This document shows positions 1 to 12,940 of a stretch of 64,000 bases of DNA, piece by piece. The notes beneath the pieces are model-generated. The model ran no database searches, was not told the DNA's origin, and saw only the letters and a list, made by a program, of their open reading frames with translations. Source of the stretch: Camelus dromedarius (Eukaryota); assembly GCF_036321535.1 (NCBI RefSeq), contig NC_087436.1, positions 32,614,001 through 32,678,000 on the forward strand. Direction: 5' to 3'. How positions within the stretch are numbered: position 1 is the stretch's first letter; every line of letters begins with the position of its first letter. The position numbers and the translations under genes are program-made.

Positions 1-152
1 ATAAGAGGTAAAATGTGGCATCAATATTTTGCATTTCTCTTATTATAAATGAAATTATTCATCTTTTCATGTGTTTAAGACTATTTATCTTTTTTTTAAA
101 ACTGTCTGCTCCTGTCTTCCCATTTTTTCTATTAAGGTTTTAGTCTCTTTTA
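1..152 (-). mobile_element. Old L1 (L1ME-like) ORF2 3' fragment, continuing at ~1081
   Basis: Antisense L1 motif 'ttttgcatttctcttatt...catcttttcatgtg'; interrupted by a SINE and an L1MC remnant. Confidence 0.6.
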
Positions 153-169
153 TCTCCCTCTTAATTTTT

Positions 170-285
170 TTTAATTTTATTTTGGGGGAGGTAATTAGTT
201 TTATTTATTTACTTAATTTTAATGAAACTACTGGGGATTGAACCCAGAACCTCGTACATGCTAGGCACTGAACTATGCCCTCCCC
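170..285 (-). mobile_element. tRNA-Ala-derived SINE (camelid Vic-1-like), internally deleted
   Basis: Reverse complement reads ggggagggcatagttcagtg/cctagcatgtacgaggttctgggttcaatccccagta...ctaattacctccccc plus A-tail; TSD tctccctcttaattttt (153-169) / tctccctgttaattttt (286-302). Confidence 0.9.
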
Positions 286-321
286 TCTCCCTGTTAATTT
301 TTGAAAAAAGTTTTTTCCCTT

Positions 322-1069
322 ACAGTTTTATATTGAGGTATAGTCAACATATGATAAACTGCACACATTTAAAATATACAGTCTTTGGGCTTTAACATAT
401 ATAATGACATACTGCTACCCTCAAGGCTTCCTTGCATCTTCTGTAATCCATCTCTTTTTCCTCCCTCACTCCCACCCCTAGGCAAGCACCGATCTCCTTT
501 CCGTCATTACAGATTCGTATTCTACCAGATTTTCCCATTTATTTTGACGTTTCTCCACTTTGGCTGGAAGGAAATAAACTATTCCCAGTGCTGTGTAAAC
601 TCCGAGGTTTGTTCCATCTACTCCTTTCCAGTGGTTCTTTCTCTGGCCTCAGGAGGCTTCTTCACATGAATGTTGTTACCACTGCTTAGTTGAAGACTCA
701 AGAGGAATCTCTGGAGTTCTCTAGCTCACAGCCCTTTCCTCTCCAAGCATCTTTCTCCTCTCTGGTACTCTGCCCCACCATAGCCTCCCCAAACTCTAAC
801 TTGGTCTCCTTAACCCAATGGAGACAGCCTGGCTTTATTTGTGTTCTTCCTCCCTTTGCTGTGGCCTGGAAACTCTCTCTGGGCAGTAAGCTGAGGCCAT
901 CAAAGGCACGAATTCACTTGTTTTGCTTCTCTCAGAGATCATGCCATGCGGCCTGTGATCCAGTGTCTGGAAACGATTCTTTTATGTGTTTTGTGTGGTT
1001 TTTCAGTTGTGTAAGATAGGAGATTAGTCTCTGCTACTCCATTATGGCCATGGTCCCCATGATGGGGAC
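322..1069 (-). mobile_element. L1MC/L1M4-like element reduced to its 5' end (~526-1069) fused to its 3' terminus (~322-525)
   Basis: 3'-end motif 'tttatattgaggtatagtcaacatatgataaactgcacaca'; 5'-end motif (rc) 'ggccataatggagtagcagagact...acaactgaaaaaccacacaaaa'; flanking repeat ttttttccctt at 311-321 and 1070-1080. Confidence 0.6.
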
Positions 1070-1954
1070 TTTTTTCCCTTTAGTTTTTATGACTATTTTA
1101 CATGTTAGAATAGCCCTTTACATGTGATATCTGTTCAAATATTTTCTAGTTTATCATTTATCCTTTGTGCTAATGGTCTTTTTTATTCATACAAAAGATT
1201 TTTCTCTTTATGCAATTTTTTTTTAACAATTTCATTCCTTGCAACTGGATTTCAAGTCATTTTGGGAAAGCTTTCCCCATGCTTAGATTATAAAGGAATT
1301 TACCTATATTTTCTTATTACTTGTATGGTTTCTCTCTATCTTTGTACATTTGATTGGTCCTTCATCCATTTGGACTTTTACTCTGGTGTATGGTGAGGAG
1401 TGTGGATCTAATTTTATCTTCTTCCAAATGATTATCCAGGACCCCATTTATTAAAAATCTTATCCTTTCCATCTAGTGTTTGACGTGTCTAGTGTTTCTC
1501 ATCTAGTGTTTTGAAATGCCACCTTTGTTAGAGTAACAAAGTAATTACCATGTGTACTTGGGTCTATTTCTGGAATTTCTGTTCTGTTCCACTGGTCTTG
1601 CTGTCACTAGCACCATTTTCTTTTCATTCTAGAGTTTCTACTATATTTCAATTTCTGGTAGGGCCATTCTTTCCTTAGTTCTCAGGGTTTCCTAGCTATT
1701 CTTGCATGTTTATTTTCCATATGAGCTTTAGCATCAAATATCCTAGTGCTAAAAAGTGAAAGAAAACTTTGGGCATTTTTATTGGGCTCACACTACATTT
1801 ATATATTAACTTGGGGAGAACCGGTATGTTTATTATGTTGAATCATCTTATTTATCTTATCCAATAGAAGAATAGGTCTTTCTATTAGTTCAGGTCTATT
1901 TTTTATGTTCTTTAGGAGTGTTTAAAAGTTTTCCTTATATAAGTTTATTCCTAG

Positions 1955-2020
1955 ATATTTATATATATATATTTATATATATATATTTATAAATATATAT
2001 AAAATATATAAATATATTTT
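1955..2020. repeat. (TA)n-rich low-complexity tract
   Basis: atatatatat...aaatatatataaaatatata seen directly. Confidence 0.85.
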
Positions 2021-2601
2021 TAATTGCGTTTATAACTGGAGTTTCCCATCGCATTAAGGCTTGAAAAGGCTTCAGCAAAAATTTACACTCATTCCTGGTC
2101 TTCCTACCTCTAAAATAAATAGATATGATTTTACACATTTCAGTCTTAAAGCCACCATCTTACTTAAAGAGAAATACCAGAGTGATTCCCACAAGACCTG
2201 GAACAAAGCAAGGATGCTATTTTAATTGGCTACTGTTTGACTATATAAAGGCTACTGATTTTTCTATGTTAACTTTATATCCTGCTATATTATTGAATAC
2301 CTTTATTGTTTGGATTAGCTTTATTAGTGATTCTCCTGGGCTAGCAGGTATACTATCATATTATCTGCATATATAAATTGTCTTTCTTTTTTTTTTTCTG
2401 AGTAGTAAGTCTGCTTGTTTTCTATTGCCTAACTTTTATTGCAATACAATGTTAAATGGTAGTGGAGATTGTGGGCATCCTTGTTCTGTTGCCGGTCTGT
2501 GTGGGAATGCCTTTAAATGTTGCTTTGCTCAATAAGGTGCTGGTTTTAAGACTGAGTTATGCAAAATCATACTATATTTATCTGTGGGGGGTGGGGTGGG
2601 G

Positions 2602-3264
2602 TATATTAGTTTGTTAGGGCTCTCATAACAAAATACCACAGACTGGATGGCTTAAACAACAGAAATTAATTTTCTCACACTAGAAGTCTGAGAGCAAGAT
2701 GTTGGCAGGTGTGGCATCTTTTGAGGCCTTTCTCCTTGGCTTGTAGAAGGCCGCCTTCTCCCTGTGTCCTCACAAGGTCGTTCTCCTTTCTATGTGTCTG
2801 TGTCCTCATCTCCTCTTTCATATAAGAACACTCTCCCCTCTTTACAGATACCAACTACTATATATAAAACAGATAAACAACAAGTTTATACTGTACAGCA
2901 CAGGGAACTATAGTCAATATCTTATAGTAACCTATAATGAAAAAGAATATGAAGAGGAGTATATATATGTGTATGTGTGTGTATGTATGACTGAAACATT
3001 ATGCTGTACACCAGAAATTGACACAATACTGTAAACTGACTATACTTTAATTTAAAAAATGGTTAAAAAAAACCAACCAAACAAATAAATAAATAAACAA
3101 AATGAAAGAACATTCTCCTTTTATAAGGATATACTGGATTAGGGCCCACCCTAATGATCCATTTTAATTTAATTATCTCTTTAAAAGCCCCACTTCCAAA
3201 TACACTCTTGAGGGTTAGGGCTTCAAAATATGAATTTTGAGGGGACACAACTCAGCCTATAATA
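2602..3264 (-). mobile_element. MaLR solo LTR (MLT1A/B/C-like), split by an L1 insertion
   Basis: Ends 'tatattagtttgttagggctctcataacaaaataccacagactggatggcttaaacaacag' and 'ggggacacaactcagcctataata'. Confidence 0.85.
2837..3105 (+). mobile_element. 5'-truncated young (camelid-type) L1 3'UTR
   Basis: 'ctgtacagcacagggaactatagtcaatatctt...ccagaaattgacacaatactgtaaactgactatac' plus A-rich tail; TSD aagaacactctcc (2824-2836) / aagaacattctcc (3106-3118). Confidence 0.9.
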
Positions 3265-4989
3265 GCCCATATCAGGAATGGGTGTAAATTTTTGTCAAAG
3301 ATTTTTTTAGCATTAATAGAGATAATTATAAATTTTGTCCTTAGTTACATTACTATAGTAAATTACAATAATGCATTTCCTAATATTGAATTATTCTTAC
3401 AATACTAGAGGAAATCTAATTTTATCATAATGTATAATTTTCTTACTGTGATTCTGGATTCTGTGCTCATATTTTATTTAGGATTTTTGCATTAAAATTT
3501 GTAAGTAAGATTGGTCAGTAGTTTTTTTCCCCTATGTTTATCAATTTTATACTTGCTTTGTAAAAAGAATTTGGGAAATTTGCTTCTTTTTCTTGTGCAC
3601 TAGAACAATATATATGGTAAAATTTGCCTGTGAAACCATCTGCACTAGGTGCTGTCATGTGGAGTAGTTCCTTAACAACTTTTACTGTTTTTTTCTATAC
3701 ATTGTTTTAAGCTTACTATCTTTACTGGGATCATTTTGGTAAATTGCATTTTCCTGGGAAATTATGCAGTTCATTTATTTATGAAGTAATCTCTTATGAC
3801 TTAAAAAAATATCCTGTTTTAATGGTTATTTCCCTGTTACAATTTCTTATTTTGTGGAAGCCTATTTGTATTTGTTGACATGTCTCAAATGTTTGGTTTC
3901 AACTCTGTCATTTGATGAATATCTATTCCTTGATTAGTGACATTACTTTATTCCTGAAAACCACACCATCAAATTAAAAACATGCCATAAATTCAAAAAT
4001 ATTTCTGTGAATTTTACCGGGTACATGACAATGTGTTCTGTCTCAACCCAAGATAACCAAACACTTTTCACAAATAGAAAAAGACAGATCTATTGAATGA
4101 TATAAATGATATAATAAACAACAATTTGAAAGTAAGTAAATTTAGATTGTACGTGAAATGTAACATAATGAGGGTTTCTTATATTCTCCAAAGGAGAAAG
4201 AGATGATTTGGTAGTGGGTGGTGGAGGAGGTGCAAGGGGGTCACTCTTTGAAAGGTGCATTCCTCTTTCCCTATGATCTTTTTCTGTTTTTAACTTTAAG
4301 GAGGCTCATGATTATTTTGCACTTAGGAAGAAAGTTCTAGCAATTAAAAATATGTTTAGGGCAAAATAAAAGGTAAACATCACAGTGCTCTGAAATACAT
4401 GGAAATAGCCCATGTGCACCATAAACAGCTGAGCGTAGATCTCTTGGCATAGATAGGTCTGCTCAGCCAAGCATCTTGAATCATCTAATCTTGGAGCTCA
4501 ATTCAAATTCGCTCTATTTGAAATTTCCTGCCCAGAAATATATTGAGTAAATTGGTGACTGTCTTTTTCTGAAACTGTAACATTGAAATGTCACTTTAAC
4601 AGTGAATTTAATTAGGGTGTCTTGGGTATAAACATAATTATACCAAGAAGAAAAAGAGAGAATCTAAAAGGCAGTATAACTTTTCAAAGTCATTGAAGTC
4701 AACGGTAATTATATGAATTGAGTCTGTGTTATTGTTATTCTAATGGATGAGAAAAGCTGAAATTATCATGTCTAAGTGGTTTATTTTGGTGGGGATATTA
4801 ATGACTCATCCAACATATTTCTGCTTTAGACGCCAAACATTTCTTAGACTGGTTATCACATCCTTTCAATTTTTAACTCAGAACGTTGATTTCTACTTCG
4901 CATTGTTCTTCGATAACATTCAAATTTCTTAATTCAGTCTAAAGATCTACTTTCTGGTTGTCAAAAATCTCTCCTGATCTCATAGTTTT

Positions 4990-5405
4990 ATCCCTTCATC
5001 TAGAACCCTATGTTTTAGCTATGTTGAAATATTTTTACTTTCTAGAATTTGACCTACTCTATCTCAGTGCAGTTCTTTTTAAAAACTGTTTCTTCACCTT
5101 AAACACCATAATTTTTGTTTTATGCCTCATTGTCTCCTATTGCAGAGACTCAGCTTACAAATTAATTCTTTGGGAGGATCATCTCTATCTCCTAGATTAG
5201 GTGAGCCATTAGGTTTCCTTGCTGTGTGCTCCCACAGTCCTCTGTATTTCCTAAATTACAATAGTCTTTATTATAATCTTCTGTTTCATTGTATGCCTTC
5301 TGAATTCTCAAGCTCCAGGAGTGGTAAGCAGTGTTTTCCTTAACTATTCCTATCTCTTCAGCAAAAAACAGAGCTCTCTGTAAGTATTTCTTGAATGAAT
5401 GAAAG
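4990..5405 (+). mobile_element. L2 3' fragment
   Basis: Ends 'aagtatttcttgaatgaatgaa', the typical L2 3' terminus. Confidence 0.55.
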
Positions 5406-5836
5406 AACAGAAAGGTATACAAACCATTTCATTAAATATATTCCTCTAATGGTATGTCAACCCTATCTTTTAAGAGTGTTTTTTGATTACAACAATTCAT
5501 TTATTTGTATCTGTATCTGTTTCTTTGCAATGAGAATGAAAGAACTCTGAAACAGAGGCACAGAATATATAATGCCTCCTACTGCCACAATTTACTTGTG
5601 AAACAGTATGTCTACATTATAAATATTGTTAATTTAATCCTTTAGCTTCTTTTGAAAATTGGCATAAAAAAAGTTGTTAAAAGCATTATACTTTATCTCA
5701 ATAACCAAGACCTGTTTCAAAACAATATCTTTCCTATAGAGAAGGTATTTTGGATTAAAAGAGAATGATTATGGAGCAAATTAGAGACTTGGGAGAGCAT
5801 TTTGTGTAGTTGTCGATTTGTTTAATAATTGACTAT

Positions 5837-7100
5837 GGTTTAAAGACTTAAATATAAAACAAGACACAAGAAATCTCCTAGAAGAAAACATAGGCAAAAC
5901 ATTCTCTGACATAAATCTTAGCAATGTTCTAAAACAGTCTACCCAGGCAATAGAAATAAGAGATAAAATAAACAAATGGGACCTAATTAAACTTACAAGC
6001 TTTTGCACAGCAAAGGAAACTATAAGCAAAACAAAACGACAACCTACAGAATAGGAGAAAATATTTGCAAATGATGCGACTGACAAAGCCTTAATTTCCA
6101 GAATATATAAACAGCTCATACAACTTAATAACAAAATAACAAACAACCCAATCCAAAAATGGGCAGAAGATTTAACAAGCAATTCTCCAATGAAGACATA
6201 CAAATGGCTAATAAGCACATGAAAAAATGCTCAATATCACTAATTACCATAGAAATGCAAATCAAAACTACAATGAGGTATCACCTTACACTAGTCAGAA
6301 TGGTCATCATTTAAAAGTCCACAAACGATAACTGCTAGAGAGGCTGTGGAGAAAAGGGAACCCTCCTACACTGCTGGGGGAAATGTAGTTTGGTGCAGTC
6401 ATTATGGAAAATAGTACAGAGATGCCTCAAAAAACTAAAAATAGACTTACCATCCAGCAATCCCACTCCTGGGCATATGTCCAGAGTGAACTCTAATTCA
6501 AAAAGATACATGCACCCCAAAGTTCATAGCAGCGCTATATACAATAGCCAAGATATGGAAGCAACCTAAATGTCCATCAACAGATGACTGGATAAAGAAG
6601 CTGTGGTATATGTATACAATGGAATACTACTCAGCCATAAAAAAGAATAAAATAATGCCATTTACAGCAACATGGTTGGACCTAGAGATTGTCATTCTAA
6701 GTGAAGTAAGCCAGAAAGAGAAAGAAAAGTACCATATGATATCACTCATATGTAGAATCTAAAAAAAAAAAAAAAAAAAAAAAGGATACTATGAACTCAT
6801 CTACAAAACAGAAACAAGACTTGCAGACATAACAACCTTATGGTTACCCGGGAAAGGGAGTGGGAAGGGATAAATTTGGAAGTTTGATATTTGCAAATGT
6901 TAGCCACTATATATAAAAATTGATTTAAAAAAAACAAGCACAGGGAACTATGTTCAATATCTTGAAATAGCCTTTAATGAAAAAGTATATGAAAACAGAT
7001 ACATGTATGTATATGCATGACTAGGACATTGTGCTGTGCACCAGAAATTGACACATTGTAACTGACTGCACTTCAATTAAAAAAATTTTTTTAAAGAAGG
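5837..7100 (+). mobile_element. 5'-truncated young L1 (ORF2 C-terminus plus 3'UTR)
   Basis: Clear ORF2 3' motifs (gacctaattaaacttacaagcttttgcacagcaaaggaaac; tgctcaatatcactaatt; gaatactactcagccataaaaaagaat), internal A-run at 6761-6783, 3'UTR shared with the copy at 2837-3105. Confidence 0.95.
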
Positions 7101-7679
7101 AAAAAAATGTCTATGAGATTTAAATTAGGGTCTTAGCTTTTTCCTTTGGAAGAATGTAGACATTTACAGTGGTACTATTTATCACTTTATTTTAGAGCTG
7201 TAACAATATTTTTAGTCTTGGTGTTTTTATTTTGTTAACATTGCAGTTTGATCTAGTTTGTTGTATTTGAAAAAAAATAAGGTTTACAATGGTGACAAAT
7301 ATGGTGTGAAAGCACTCAAATGATTTCAAAAGATGACTTAAAAGAGTTATGAAATAATCAGCCTAAACCTGTGTTAAATTAAGAAAAAATTCTCTTTCCC
7401 TGTTTTAAAAAGCAAAAGAGCTCCACCTGGTGTTGAACAAAACTACTGAATAATTTTTATTTGATGACTTAGAATTATTAATTTTCTAAAAAGTGTAATT
7501 CAGAATGCTTTTCTCAGTATTCTCCTGTGTTTATAGTAATGCTATTGATACTGTTCTCAAATTATGTGGAATTGGTTCTTTTATGAAATAACTAATGCAT
7601 TTCTGATAAAACAAACCTCTTTAATGTTTTAAAGGGTTTTAGAAAAGTTTCTCTCCTACACCTTTCCTTCATACTATGC

Positions 7680-8108
7680 TGTGGAGCAGTAAGAATGGTC
7701 CACAGAGACTGAAGGCCACAGCTACTGTGCTTTGAAATTTGCCCACCCCTTGGTTTGTCCCCAGGCCACTCCTCCCATTGGCAGCTCCCACCAGTGACTG
7801 ATGTACTGAGTACGACCCAGTCCTGGGAGACAGTGGGACTTCTTTGTTGGTCCATTTTGACTCCAAGCCTTCCCCACGGTTCTGCCAAACCTTCCGTAGA
7901 TCACATAACAGTCTTAGATGGTTTCATTCATTTTGTCTCTCAACCTCTCATTCTTGCAGATTAGACTTGGATCAGTCTGTCGGCTGCCCCAACCTTTCCC
8001 AACATCTCCCTATTTCTTTTTACACAGGCATTTCTTTCTAATAGAATCTTTGCATTTTTAATTCTGTCTTGGTAGAGATTCTACTTCTTAGAGATTCCAG
8101 ACTAACAC
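7680..8108 (+). mobile_element. ERVL-class solo LTR (LTR33/LTR16-like)
   Basis: 3' end 'aatagaatctttgcatttttaattctgtcttgg...ccagactaacaca' resembles ERVL LTR U5. Confidence 0.55.
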
Positions 8109-8800
8109 AGTATCCGTTCTGGAAGTTTCATGGAAAATGCAAAAGAGGAGACATCAGTCTTCTTTTCTAATATCTGGTTCTTACTTATTAAATTAGATTT
8201 TGACATCCTGAACTCTCGTCTGGGTCTCTCCTGGCTTGGCTAAATAGTGCATGTGTGAAAAAGGTCATGTGTCCTGTGAGGCCACTTGGCTTTTTGATGC
8301 TTCATGGCCAGAGGCTGGACTCCTCTAAGTTAGTTAACCATCTTATGTTTGTACCAATCAAAAGGGCATTTGGGCAAGATGATGATGAATCAAGGAAAAT
8401 CCAATGCCTCTTCTAGAAAAATACCTCCATAGTTTTTTTTTTTTAATGTATGGAAGGAGGGGCTTTAGTGTCATCTTTGTACACACACAATAAATTTAGT
8501 TTAGTATTACATTTCAATATTAAGTACTGGTGATGATTCAAATGTAGATTCAGATTTGTTTGGCTTTATCATTGAAATGGGATATACATTATTGGAATAT
8601 TCTAGAGAGTAATCAGTGCAGTGGAGCAAAAGACACTTTGCAGTTCCTGATAGCAAGGCAGTAAGCACCAGTAACTTACAAGTCCTGGAAACTGCCCAGG
8701 GGTCTTGTGCCACAGCCATGTTATTGGTTTACTTCCATCTCAGTGATACTTACACTAAGAGGTAATACAACTCTAGGAAAATAAAACTTCACACTACTTT

Positions 8801-9045
8801 ACAGTGTGGTATAGTGGAAAGAACCATAGCCTGGAAGACAGAATATCTGCATTTGAGTTGGCTTCGCTACCTTCAAGACCTTGGGTAAGCCACTTACCCT
8901 CTTTTAGCCTCAGTTTCCTTATCTGCTAGGATGTGAGTACAAATCTCTGACTCTTTCACACAGTCATTCGGGTTAAATGAAATAATCCACATAAAAACTT
9001 ACTATTAACTAAAGTATATAGCATATTAAGGTTATATTGTCATTG
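8801..9045 (+). mobile_element. MIR SINE
   Basis: 'gtggtatagtggaaagaacc...ccttgggtaagccacttaccctcttttagcctcagtttccttatctg' core. Confidence 0.8.
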
Positions 9046-12000
9046 TTTAGTTGTATTTCAAATGAAATTACCTGTTAAAGAAGGCAAATGAGTGCTCTGA
9101 CCTCTTACAGGAGCAATGGATTTCATAGTTCATGCTAAGACATTTCTTAAATAAAACTTTTACATAAAGAAAATTGGCCTTATCTTACTTTGTATCTTTC
9201 ACATAAAATATGTAAATTATTTAATAATAAAGAAAAAGATTTTATCATTTAACTACCCTTTGAAAGATTAAAAACGGAAACAAAAGTGAGTGTAAATTTA
9301 AACTGAATGAAAGATTTGGATGAATAGAGAAGTAAAATTCTGGGTGGTCTTGGTGGAAGGAAGACCTATTTATACCTACTCGACAATGAAAGTAAAGCAT
9401 GTAAGAAAACATTTTTATTTATTTGTAAATGAGAGCAGTAAAAAATATTTTTGCTCTAGTACTTTTAAAAATTGCGCTCTTTTGGAGGTTTTTATGAAAG
9501 TACATTAATGATATAACTTATCTCTGCAAATTCTACTCTAAAGCTGACAATGGTATTCTCTTATAGAAATATTGTCCACAAATTATTTATTTATAATTAA
9601 AGCACAACATAATTTAACTTCGTTCTTCATGTTTTATGCAACTGCAAATGTGATAAGTGTAACATTGCTGTTATAAAGTAGTTCAGTTCGGCACCCTTTT
9701 CTGGTTACCTTAAGCAAAGAAAGAAAATACTAAAATAACTAGTATCCTACTTGAATATCTATGCCTTGGGATGTGCAGGAACAGGCAGCTCTGGGGATCT
9801 AGGGAACAACTTTTCAACCTTCACTCTGCCCAAGATTCATATTCCTCAAAGTCTGCCCAAGGTTGCACTCTGTGCTCACCCCTCGGTCTTGAGTAGGTAA
9901 AATACCCTCCATGCAATACCAGTTCAATGCACTAGGAGAAGGGTGGTGCCCTAAAAGAAGGTGAAAGGATACTGGGCAGGGAAAAAAATAACAAATATCC
10001 ACTACTTGATGTATTCAACTCAAATATTTTCCAACGCATTTTTTTTCTGTTTAGGATAATTATAATCATTTCCCATAGTTCCTGAGATGATAACACAGTA
10101 ATATGTTAAGTCAGATACTCACCAACATGCTTTTAAATATCCTTGCTTCTCTCTCAGCAAGTGCTGCATTAGATAGACCAGGCACTGGTTCTTGACCACC
10201 GAGGCACTGGCATTTTTTATTCTCGGTATGATTGCCACTGTATAAAGTTAAGGGAAGGAAATGGAAAATCACAGTTTTGATACATCCAGCTAAATTGTGT
10301 TCCTTTACTGCTTTCTATTTTCACCATGGCTACTACCAATGGGGGACCTGAACAGAGGCAGAAGATGCCCATGGAAATAATAGTTCATCTTCCAGAGAGA
10401 GAAGCTCTGCACATGCATATCAACAGACAGGGAACAAGTGTGGTTTTAGGGACAAATTACTTGTATATCGATGCTTGAAGAATGCTTCCTGTAACTGCTT
10501 TAGTTTGGAGTTTGCTAGAAAGGTAGTACTAAGAAGACAGATGTGTGTTTCAGGGGTGTCAGCTACCCCATATCTGAAAAACTCTTAACAGCTTTGATTT
10601 CTGTCACCTTTGTGTATACATAACAATAATATCTATTATTTAGGAAAACAGTATTTAACCAAATGCCTTGCTACTCCACTTTTTTGGTAACATTTAAAAC
10701 AGACACATTCACAGTCTACTGTTTATGAGCTTACTTTTTAAATAGTTATGAAAATATAATTTACATATTCAATTTTCCATCATTAAAACTGATATTCTAG
10801 CAAGAAACACTAGAGGGCATTCATTGCTCTATTCAAACACATTTGTGTATTTTGTTTTTAGACTTTCCAATGCAATTTGTTCATATGCTTGAGAAATAAA
10901 ATATGAAAGTTTTCATTTCCTAAAATATGTCGGCATATCACTGAATACTAATACTATAAAAAATAAACAAAAAATGGATGAGTGGGCTGCAGGGCACAAG
11001 AATACCCAATATACACTGAGGCTATAATATAAACAAATCTTTAAATAATTTTTAATGTGATTTAATTTCTCTTAACATATAACATAATTTTAAATATTGT
11101 ATCAACAAATAATACAAAATATCAAGGTTTTAGAATTTCTAGTGTAGAAAAACAAAACTGACATAACTTTAAACTAACCTTTTAAATGCACGAGGAATTT
11201 TAAAATACAAAAATAAATTATCATGTAGAAGTAACATAAATGAGTTAAATGAATCTAAATATTACCGTTGCCATTTTATCATAAAATATCACTGAAATTA
11301 CCCCACTTTTATTTCCACTTCAATCTTTTTTATTATACTTACCTGTTCTCTTTCTCCCTATACAATTTAACATACTCATTTACAAATTCACCTCTTTTAA
11401 TTGGGCACATCCTCCATACCACAGCAAAATGTGCTCAAATAATTTTTGTCTAATTACAAATCCTCACAAAGTTTTATTATGGAGATGACTGAAATAAGCA
11501 ACAATTTCTTTTAACCTCAGTTTCATCTGGAGAGGTTTATTTTAGACTGGACACATGGCTAAATATTTATTTGCTTGATTTAAGACCACAATATGTAAAA
11601 TCATACCAACAATTTTATAAACAGGTAACTTTATAAAACTGCATGGCTTAATAAAATTCAAGAAAACAAACATTTTCTTAGTATTTTTACCCTTAAGTTT
11701 TGTATTTATATGTGAAAAAAGTTTAATCCAAGTATCATAAACAAGAATCTTAACATATCCCACCCCTGCCTTTAGAAACCCACTTTTTCAGATCAAGGAA
11801 GAATCTAATGAAAGTTAAGTAAATTGAAATAATACATATGAAATCCTTTAAAAAGTATAAAGTGCTGTTTAACTGCAAGAAGTTGTCTTTTGGGGGTTTG
11901 GATTCTGACTTTGATATTTTTCAGCTCAGTGTTTTCATCTGTAAAAATGGGGATGACTCATTTTGTGATTTTTTTCCCCTCCCTTTTTGTTTTAGTGCTT

Positions 12001-12161
12001 TCCTGAGAAATGACAGTCTAAGCTGATGAATAGTGGCTGGGTACATCAGAAGGTGGGAGAATATCTGAGCATCTGAGAAACAAGAAAGGGAAAAGTGAGA
12101 GAAAATTATGTCAAATAAGGGAAAAATTACAGAACTGTAAGAGTAGATTTTTCAACTTTAT

Positions 12162-12940
12162 TCATACGGGTCCTTCTCAAACTCTTCCAAAAGATTGAAA
12201 AGGAGGGAATACTCCCAAACTCATTCTATGAAGCCATCACCCTGATACCAAAACCAGACAAAGACACTACCACAAAAGAAAATTACAGGCCAATATCACT
12301 CATGAACATAGACACAAAGATCCTCAACAAAATATTAGCAAACAGAATCCAACAGCACATAAAAAAGATCATACACTATGATCAAGTTGGATTCATCCCA
12401 GAGACACAAGGATGGTTCAACATACACAAATCAATCAATGTGATACACCACATCCACAAAAGAAAAGACAAAAAGCACATGAATCATCTCAATAGATGCA
12501 GAAAAAGCATTTGATAAAATTCAACACCCATTTATGATAAAAACTCTTACCAAAGTGGGTATAGAGGGAAGATATCTCAACATAATAAACGCTATTTATG
12601 ACAAACCCACAGCCAGCATAGTACTCAATGGTGGAAAACTTCCCTCTAAAAGCCTTCCCTCTAAAATCTGGAACAAGACAAGGATGCCCACTCTCACCAC
12701 TTCTATTCAACATAGTCTTGGAAGTCTTAGCCACAGCAATCAGGCAAGAAAAAGAAGTAAAATGGATCCAAATTGGAAGATAAGAGGTAAAATTGTCACT
12801 ATACATGGATGACATGATACTGTATACAGAATACCCTAAAAGCTCCACACAAAAACTACTAGAGCTGATAAAAGGATTCAACAAGGTAGCAAAATACAAG
12901 ATTAACAGAAAAATCAGTTGCGTTTCTTTACACTAACAAC
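12162..12940 (+). mobile_element. Internal L1 ORF2 (reverse transcriptase domain) fragment, truncated at both ends
   Basis: ORF track peptide [33 protein letters not shown] is L1 RT; frameshifted; no 3'UTR or poly(A). Confidence 0.95.

Larger units (their letters stand above)
1081..3850 (-). mobile_element. Old L1ME-like ORF2 remnant hosting nested MLT1 and L1 insertions
   Basis: Degenerate antisense ORF2 motifs, e.g. 'gggtctatttctgga', 'gggcatccttgttctgtt', 'aggatttttgcatt'. Confidence 0.7.

Noticed and set aside
8528..8652. TGATGA...CTGA pair suggesting a C/D-box snoRNA
   Set aside because: No convincing terminal stem or recognisable guide; such motifs arise often by chance
12302..12899. 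Reverse-transcriptase-like ORFs as a novel RT system
   Set aside because: Frameshifted fragments of ordinary L1 ORF2 and their antisense shadows
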